Origin: an uncultured Verrucomicrobiae bacterium
GTDB lineage: Bacteria; Verrucomicrobiota; Verrucomicrobiia; Chthoniobacterales; JAFAMB01
Direction: 5' to 3'
Assembly (NCBI GenBank): GCA_963837955.1
Contig: CAWIPH010000002.1
Location: 4,832,001 to 4,896,000, forward strand
DNA: 64,000 nucleotides
Notes under the pieces: model-generated
Database searches by the model: none
What the model saw: only the letters and a program-made list of their open reading frames with translations
What the model was told of the DNA's origin: nothing
Position numbers and translations under genes: made by a program
Shown here: positions 58,491-64,000 of the stretch, piece by piece
Numbering within the stretch: the stretch's first letter is position 1
Layout of the letters: every line of letters starts with the position of its first letter

Positions 58491-58811
58491 CTAATGTTTG
58501 AGCACCTCGATCAATTGCCAGCGCTTCAAACGGCTTAACGGTTTCGTTTCTTCTACTCGCACCAGGTCTCCGATCGCGCACTGATTTGTAGCGTCGTGTG
58601 CGTAAAGCTTTTTAGTTCGCTTGACGATCTTCCCAAACTTAGGATGCGGTACCCGACGGATAACGGCGACGACAATGGTCTTATCCATTTTGTCGGATAC
58701 GACTTGGCCGACCCGCGTTTTCCGAAGATGCCGCTTCGGAAGTTCAGACTGCTGCGTCTGCGGAGCAGGCGCCGTGGCAGTACCTTCAGAATGCACAGTC
58801 TCTTGATTCAT
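58491..58811 (-). CDS. rpsQ: 30S ribosomal protein S17
   Basis: [20 protein letters not shown]. Confidence 0.98.
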   Translation of the reverse strand: MNQETVHSEGTATAPAPQTQQSELPKRHLRKTRVGQVVSDKMDKTIVVAVIRRVPHPKFGKIVKRTKKLYAHDATNQCAIGDLVRVEETKPLSRLKRWQLIEVLKH

Positions 58812-58838
58812 TTTACTATTTTCCTCACCAGCCGCTGC

Positions 58839-59039
58839 TTAGGCAGCCGTCTTTTGCGCTCGCTCGCTCAAAATGGTTTCGATTCGCGCTACCTCGCGGC
58901 GATTGGCTCGAAGCACGCTGGGTTTCTCAATGCTCCCGCTCTGTTGTTGGAGCTGGAGATTGAAGGTCTCTCTGCGTAGTTCTCTGCGGCGAGAGACCAA
59001 TTCATCACTACTTAGCTCACGAAGCTCTTTTATTTTCAT
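58839..59039 (-). CDS. rpmC: 50S ribosomal protein L29
   Basis: ELREL, RREVARIET; operon position. Confidence 0.96.
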   Translation of the reverse strand: MKIKELRELSSDELVSRRRELRRETFNLQLQQQSGSIEKPSVLRANRREVARIETILSERAQKTAA

Positions 59040-59059
59040 TTCGATCTCCGTCCTAGCGG

Positions 59060-59485
59060 TTACACCGCAACGGCGTGCTGCCTGGCAATAAATCGAGTTC
59101 TCACCGGCAACTTCGTGGCAGCCAACCGGAGAGATTCTCGAGCTACGCTCTCGGTTACTCCGTCCAGTTCAAAAATGATGTTCCCAGGGCGCACCGTTGC
59201 CACCCAATGCTCCGGATTTCCTTTCCCTTTACCCATTCGGGTTTCTGGCGGTCGAGCTGTGACCGATTTATCCGGAAAAATCTTAATCCAAAGTTTTCCT
59301 TTTCTTTTCATATTACGCGTCAACGCAACGCGCGCCGCCTCGATCTGAATGTTTGTAATCCAGGCGCGCTCGAGTGTTTGCAGCGCGTATTCCCCAAAGG
59401 CGATCGAGACGTTCCTAGAAGCACTCCCGGAGCGGCTTCCGCGCTGGGTCTTCCGGTACTTCACTCTTTTCGGCATTAATGGCAT
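59060..59485 (-). CDS. rplP: 50S ribosomal protein L16
   Basis: [18 protein letters not shown]. Confidence 0.98.
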   Translation of the reverse strand: MPLMPKRVKYRKTQRGSRSGSASRNVSIAFGEYALQTLERAWITNIQIEAARVALTRNMKRKGKLWIKIFPDKSVTARPPETRMGKGKGNPEHWVATVRPGNIIFELDGVTESVARESLRLAATKLPVRTRFIARQHAVAV

Positions 59486-59498
59486 AGGAAGTCCCTAT

Positions 59499-60191
59499 CT
59501 AACTTTTGTTACCGCCGGGAGCACCTGTCTCCTGCTTCCCTTCTTTCTTCTGGTCGCGATCCGCTGCGGCCTCTACCTTGCAGATCCAACATTTCACACC
59601 GATTTTCCCGTAGACGGTGTGCGCTTCGGCGAAACCGTAATCGATCGGAGTACGCAGTGTGTGCAGAGGGATCTTGCCATCGCGGTACCATTCAGCGCGC
59701 GATATCTCGCCGCCTCCGAGACGGCCGGAACAGCGAATCTTTATGCCGAGCGCACCAAAGTCTTTGGTCGTCTGCACCGCCTTCTTCATCGCCCGTCGAA
59801 ACGAAATTCGGCGTTCTATTTGGAGAGCAACGTTTTCCGCGACTAGCTGCGCATCGAGTTCCGGTGTTTTGATCTCTTGAATGTCAATTTTGACCTGTTT
59901 CCCACCAGACATCCGCGTGATCTCTTCAGTCATCCGTTCGATCTCGGCACCCCGGCGACCGATAACGATCCCGGGTCGAGCCGTGTAGATAGTGACGCGA
60001 ATGCTGTTCCAGGCACGCTCAATCAAAACTTTTGAAACCGCGGCCAAAGCGAGCTTCTGTTTCACAAAGCTGCGGACACGCAAATCGGTGTGGAGGAACT
60101 CAGGAAATTCCTTACTTGTAGCGTACCAACGGGATCGCCAATCCTTGTTGAGCGCCAGCCGGAAACCGATCGGGTTAACTTTTTGTCCCAT
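59499..60191 (-). CDS. rpsC: 30S ribosomal protein S3
   Basis: [18 protein letters not shown]. Confidence 0.98.
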   Translation of the reverse strand: MGQKVNPIGFRLALNKDWRSRWYATSKEFPEFLHTDLRVRSFVKQKLALAAVSKVLIERAWNSIRVTIYTARPGIVIGRRGAEIERMTEEITRMSGGKQVKIDIQEIKTPELDAQLVAENVALQIERRISFRRAMKKAVQTTKDFGALGIKIRCSGRLGGGEISRAEWYRDGKIPLHTLRTPIDYGFAEAHTVYGKIGVKCWICKVEAAADRDQKKEGKQETGAPGGNKS

Positions 60192-60195
60192 AAAA

Positions 60196-60780
60196 TCAAT
60201 CTTTCTTTTTCGTCGGGCTCTTCTCCGCCTTCTTTTCTGCTGAATCCTTCTTTTCAGATTTGGCGCCCGCTTTTTCAGCAGATTTCTTTTTCACCTGATG
60301 TTTGGGTGCGCCTTTACCCTTGCCACGACCAGCCGGCGATTTACGCGAAGAGGTTTTGGTCTTCGGCGCGTCTGTTGCTTCGGCCGCCGATTCAACTCCA
60401 GCCACTTCATCCACATCCTGAGCTGGTTTCTTCTGTCCATCAGCTCCAAGATCGTCCGAGAGAATGATTCGAATATGGCTGGTACGCTTGCGCAGCGGAC
60501 TCGCGCTACCTCTGGCCCGAGCACGAAATCGTTTGTAGGTCGGCCCCTCGCCAACCACCGCTTCTTTAACCAGCAAGGTATCGACCTTGAGCGAAGCGTT
60601 GTTCTCGGCATTCGCGATCGCGCTCTTTAAAGTCTTTTTTACCAAAAGCGCGGCCTTTTTCGGACTAAAGGTCAACAGATCCAAAGCATCTGAAGCAGAT
60701 TGGCCTTGGATTGCGCGGGTCACTTCGCGGGCTTTGAAAGCCGAAATACGAGCGTACCGATAGGTCGAGGTTACTTGCAT
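60196..60780 (-). CDS. rplV: 50S ribosomal protein L22 with long K/A-rich C-terminal extension
   Basis: [19 protein letters not shown]. Confidence 0.97.
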   Translation of the reverse strand: MQVTSTYRYARISAFKAREVTRAIQGQSASDALDLLTFSPKKAALLVKKTLKSAIANAENNASLKVDTLLVKEAVVGEGPTYKRFRARARGSASPLRKRTSHIRIILSDDLGADGQKKPAQDVDEVAGVESAAEATDAPKTKTSSRKSPAGRGKGKGAPKHQVKKKSAEKAGAKSEKKDSAEKKAEKSPTKKKD

Positions 60781-60797
60781 CTTTCCGGATCTCTTTC

Positions 60798-61076
60798 TTA
60801 TTTCGCCACCTTGGCAGTGTGCGCCCCGTGTTTCTTAAATATGCGCGTTGGCGAAAATTCTCCCAATTTGTGTCCCACCATATTCTCCGTCACGAAGACG
60901 GAATTAAAAATCTTGCCGTTGTGGACCAAGAACGTATGTCCCACGAAATCGGGCGTAACCATCGATCGGCGCGCCCAGGTTTTGATCGGCTTCTTAGCGC
61001 TGCTTTTGTTCATCTTATCGATTTTCTCCAGCAGCTTTGGCTCGACGAACGGGCCCTTCTTAAGTGATCTACCCAT
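60798..61076 (-). CDS. rpsS: 30S ribosomal protein S19
   Basis: [19 protein letters not shown]. Confidence 0.98.
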   Translation of the reverse strand: MGRSLKKGPFVEPKLLEKIDKMNKSSAKKPIKTWARRSMVTPDFVGHTFLVHNGKIFNSVFVTENMVGHKLGEFSPTRIFKKHGAHTAKVAK

Positions 61077-61079
61077 AAC

Positions 61080-61931
61080 TTACTTCTTTTTGGCCTTCTT
61101 CTTGCGCCGCTCGACGATGAACGCGTCGCTTGGTTTATGTTTCCGGCGAGTCTTGAACCCTTTGGCGAGTTGGCCCCACGGACTCACTGGATGGTGCCGG
61201 CCGCCACCGCCTTTACTTTTGCCTTGGCCACCACCCATCGGGTGATCGATCGGGTTCATGGCCATACCACGCACACTCGATCGACGTCCCAACCAACGGG
61301 TCCGACCTGCTTTACCGCTCGAGACGTTCATGTGGTCGGTGTTGCCAACCTGCCCAACCGTAGCGTAAGCGTTTTCATTGATCCGGCGAATTTCACCAGA
61401 CGGCAACCGAACCAGAGCGTAGCCACCCTCACGGTTATTCAGCACAGCCTGTTGACCCGCGCTCCTGGCCACCTGTCCCCCGCGACCGGGATTGATTTCG
61501 ACATTGTGGATGACCGTCCCTAACGGGATTGCCTTCAAAGGGAGCGCATTCCCAACTTCCGGGGCTGCTGCTTCACCCGCTACCACTTTCGCTCCCACCT
61601 TCAAGCCGTTCGGGGCGAGGATATACGACTTCTGACCATCAGCGTAACTCAAGAGAGCAATGCGAGCGGAGCGATTTGGATCGTACTCGATCCCCTCAAC
61701 CGTAGCCTCAACGTCACGCAGCTTTCTTTTGAAATCGATGATCCGATATTTTTGTTTGTGTCCTCCCCCGATATGACGAGAAGTCATGCGGCCACGGTTG
61801 TTTCTGCCGCCGGTTCTCTTTTTCGGCTCAAGCAGAGACTTTTCCGGGTGATCTTTGGTTATCTCGTCAAAGCCTGAGGTCTGTTTAAACCGCTGACTCG
61901 GTGTTAATGGACGAAAATTCTTGAGTGCCAT
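61080..61931 (-). CDS. rplB: 50S ribosomal protein L2
   Basis: [19 protein letters not shown]. Confidence 0.98.
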   Translation of the reverse strand: MALKNFRPLTPSQRFKQTSGFDEITKDHPEKSLLEPKKRTGGRNNRGRMTSRHIGGGHKQKYRIIDFKRKLRDVEATVEGIEYDPNRSARIALLSYADGQKSYILAPNGLKVGAKVVAGEAAAPEVGNALPLKAIPLGTVIHNVEINPGRGGQVARSAGQQAVLNNREGGYALVRLPSGEIRRINENAYATVGQVGNTDHMNVSSGKAGRTRWLGRRSSVRGMAMNPIDHPMGGGQGKSKGGGGRHHPVSPWGQLAKGFKTRRKHKPSDAFIVERRKKKAKKK

Positions 61932-61943
61932 TCTTCAATCCTC

Positions 61944-62228
61944 CTAGGCGAGATCGATCTTCTCTCCCTCAGCCAGCGTAACGATGGCTTTCTTCCAGTG
62001 TGGTCGACGACCGAAATCAGCCCGACGTTCACGCTTCTTTTTGCCAGCGTATTGACAGGTGTTCACCCGGACTACCTTCTTCCCCAAGAGCTGCTCGATG
62101 GCTCGTTTGATCTCGAGTTTATTTGCCTTTGGATCGACGCGGAAAACGTATTGATTGTGCTTTTCGCCCAATAAACTTGCTTTTTCCGTGAGCCGGATCG
62201 TTGAAATTATACGCGTCGGTTCGTTCAT
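61944..62228 (-). CDS. rplW: 50S ribosomal protein L23
   Basis: TEK, ANK.EIK.A, WKKAIVTL. Confidence 0.97.
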   Translation of the reverse strand: MNEPTRIISTIRLTEKASLLGEKHNQYVFRVDPKANKLEIKRAIEQLLGKKVVRVNTCQYAGKKKRERRADFGRRPHWKKAIVTLAEGEKIDLA

Positions 62229-62833
62229 GCCAGCCTCTCTGCCAACTTCGTGAGGGCATCTTTCGTCACGATGATTTTCTTAAATGCCAACAGTTGTTCC
62301 GTATTTACCTCCGCCGGGTTATTTAAAAGAACACGCTGAACGTTTCGCGCCGCCTTGTGAGTGGTCGCGTCAAAATCGGTCGCAACGATTAAAACCTTTT
62401 CTTCTTCCGTGTGCTCTCGCAGCAACTTAATAAACTCTTTGGTCTTCGGCTCTTTTACTGCCAGAGAATCAGCAACCAGCACGTCGCCCGCAATGATCCG
62501 TGAACTGAGCGCTTTGAGGAAGGCCAAGCGCTTCACCGATTTCGGAACTTTCTTCGAATAGTCCCTCGGCTTTGGGCCAAAAACGACCCCGCCGCCTGTC
62601 CAGATCGGAGACGAAACATAGCCGGCCCGCGCACGCCCGGTTCCTTTCTGTCGCCATGGTTTCTTACCCGAAGCGACTACCTCGGCCTTGGTCCTGGTGT
62701 TGGCGGAACCGCTTCGTCGATTCGCTCGCATGGCCACCACAACGTCATGGACTGCCTGCGTTCCCCGCCCATTCTCGATGACCGAGATGTTTGCTTTCTT
62801 AGCGGCGGCAATTGTCAAAACGGTCGCACTCAT
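62225..62833 (-). CDS. rplD: 50S ribosomal protein L4
   Basis: KPWRQKGTGRARAG, GGGVVFGPKPR. Confidence 0.98.
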   Translation of the reverse strand: MSATVLTIAAAKKANISVIENGRGTQAVHDVVVAMRANRRSGSANTRTKAEVVASGKKPWRQKGTGRARAGYVSSPIWTGGGVVFGPKPRDYSKKVPKSVKRLAFLKALSSRIIAGDVLVADSLAVKEPKTKEFIKLLREHTEEEKVLIVATDFDATTHKAARNVQRVLLNNPAEVNTEQLLAFKKIIVTKDALTKLAERLA

Positions 62834-63486
62834 GATGGTTTGGTCCCTGCAATATCAGATTTCTTCTTCGCTGGTCGCACCACGACATAGCTGCCGTTGG
62901 CGCCCGGGACCGCTCCGCCGATCAAGATCACATTGTCTTCGGCTCGGACCTGAATAATTCGCAGGTTTTGCACGGTTACCCGATCGTCACCCAGGTGGCC
63001 CGGCATCCCCATGTTTTTCCACACACGACCCGGAGTGGATCGGTTTCCGATCGCTCCGTTTCGACGGTGCGTTTTCGAGCCGTGAGCAGCCCCTTGACCG
63101 GCAAATCCGTGTTTCTTCATGACGCCCTGAAAACCTTTTCCTTTGGATCGACCAACGACGTCAACAAATTGTCCCGCTTCGAATTGGGTCACGGCTAAAT
63201 TCAGCTCGCCTTCAACCTGAGTCCCATCTGGAAGCCGGAACTCTCGCACAAATTTTTTCGGCTCGGCACCCGCTTTCTTGAAATGACCGAGAAGCGGTTT
63301 TGGTAGTCGCGATTCCTTTTGAGTGTCAAATCCGACTTGGATCGCCTGATAGCCGTTGTTCTCAACCGTTTTGGTCTGCAGCAACGAATTACCACCGGCT
63401 TCGATCACGGTGACTGGAGTCGCTTTCCCGGTCGCATCGTAAACGCGCGTCATCCCTATCTTCTTGCCTAAAAGTCCTATTTTCAT
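62830..63486 (-). CDS. rplC: 50S ribosomal protein L3
   Basis: KIGMT, SKGKGFQG, MPGHLG. Confidence 0.98.
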   Translation of the reverse strand: MKIGLLGKKIGMTRVYDATGKATPVTVIEAGGNSLLQTKTVENNGYQAIQVGFDTQKESRLPKPLLGHFKKAGAEPKKFVREFRLPDGTQVEGELNLAVTQFEAGQFVDVVGRSKGKGFQGVMKKHGFAGQGAAHGSKTHRRNGAIGNRSTPGRVWKNMGMPGHLGDDRVTVQNLRIIQVRAEDNVILIGGAVPGANGSYVVVRPAKKKSDIAGTKPS

Positions 63487-63504
63487 TGAGCAACCGTCGG
63501 TCTT

Positions 63505-63816
63505 TTAAATTTTAATGGTGATATCAACCCCGGCAGGCAGGTTGAGCTTGCGCAGCTCATCCACGGTCTTCGCCGTCGGTTCGATAATATCCAGCAACCG
63601 TTTGTGAGTCCGCATTTCGAACTGATCCATCGACTTTTTGTCGACGTGCGGAGAACGATTCACCGTAAACTTTTCAATCTTCGTCGGCAACGGGATCGGA
63701 CCAGCGACTTTTGCTCCGGTACGTTTAGCCGTTTCTACAATTTCAACCGCCGATTGATCGAGCATACGATAATCGTAGCCCTTTAGGCGGATGCGGATGC
63801 GTTGACCGTTTGCCAT
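63505..63816 (-). CDS. rpsJ: 30S ribosomal protein S10
   Basis: IRIRLK, GPIPLPT, RSPHVDK. Confidence 0.98.
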   Translation of the reverse strand: MANGQRIRIRLKGYDYRMLDQSAVEIVETAKRTGAKVAGPIPLPTKIEKFTVNRSPHVDKKSMDQFEMRTHKRLLDIIEPTAKTVDELRKLNLPAGVDITIKI

Positions 63817-63817
63817 A

Positions 63818-64000
63818 TTAAGTTCCTTTTTGATCGAGCACGGCCGCTACAATCTGGGCCGGCACCGGTTCGAAATGAGAAGGTTCCATTGAGTAGGAAG
63901 CGCGTCCCTTGGAGAGTGAGCGAATCGCGGTCGCGTAACCAAACATTTCGGCTAGCGGCACTTCAGCGTGGACCAAAGTCGCGAGATTCTTCGTCTCCAT
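63818..64000 (-). CDS. fusA: Elongation factor G, C-terminal fragment (5' part outside window)
   Basis: [24 protein letters not shown]. Confidence 0.95.
   Translation of the reverse strand: METKNLATLVHAEVPLAEMFGYATAIRSLSKGRASYSMEPSHFEPVPAQIVAAVLDQKGT

Noticed and set aside
63505..64000. fusA directly followed by rpsJ with no tuf
   Set aside because: Known arrangement in PVC-group bacteria; used only as a taxonomic hint.

Overview
64-kb bacterial chromosome segment, most likely Verrucomicrobiota (Chthoniobacterales/Spartobacteria-like). The taxon is inferred from fusA directly preceding rpsJ, the missing rpmD/rpsN, PVC-type intergenic repeats and an Amuc_1099-like domain. Left to right: (1) a divergent type IV filament (pilus/T2SS-like) operon, pilin-PilC-PilM/N/O/P-like-secretin, whose secretin runs off the window start and is absent from the ORF track. 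Co-oriented upstream genes encode an HExxH peptidase, an orphan VirB10/TrbI-like protein and a roadblock/MglB-like protein. (2) GT2, SLOG, L,D-transpeptidase, DUF3016, cimA and an MBL hydrolase. (3) A decaying ~5-kb accessory island (15.8-20.7 kb): antitoxins whose toxins are truncated, immunity-like pseudogenes and tandem constant-leader/variable-body lipoprotein paralogues. (4) Core genes: comEC, trmB, an ankyrin lipoprotein, glgE, amgK/murU, tolB-pal, ECF sigma/anti-sigma/HtrA-like pseudoprotease, xseB-dxs, plsY plus a collapsed gpsA remnant, rfaD, ROK kinase, coaX, hemB, MFS and XylR. (5) The S10-spc-alpha ribosomal superoperon, ending at rpsD with no rpoA/rplQ. No rRNA, tRNA, CRISPR array or transposase was recognised. 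All family calls are by-eye motif recognition, not database searches.
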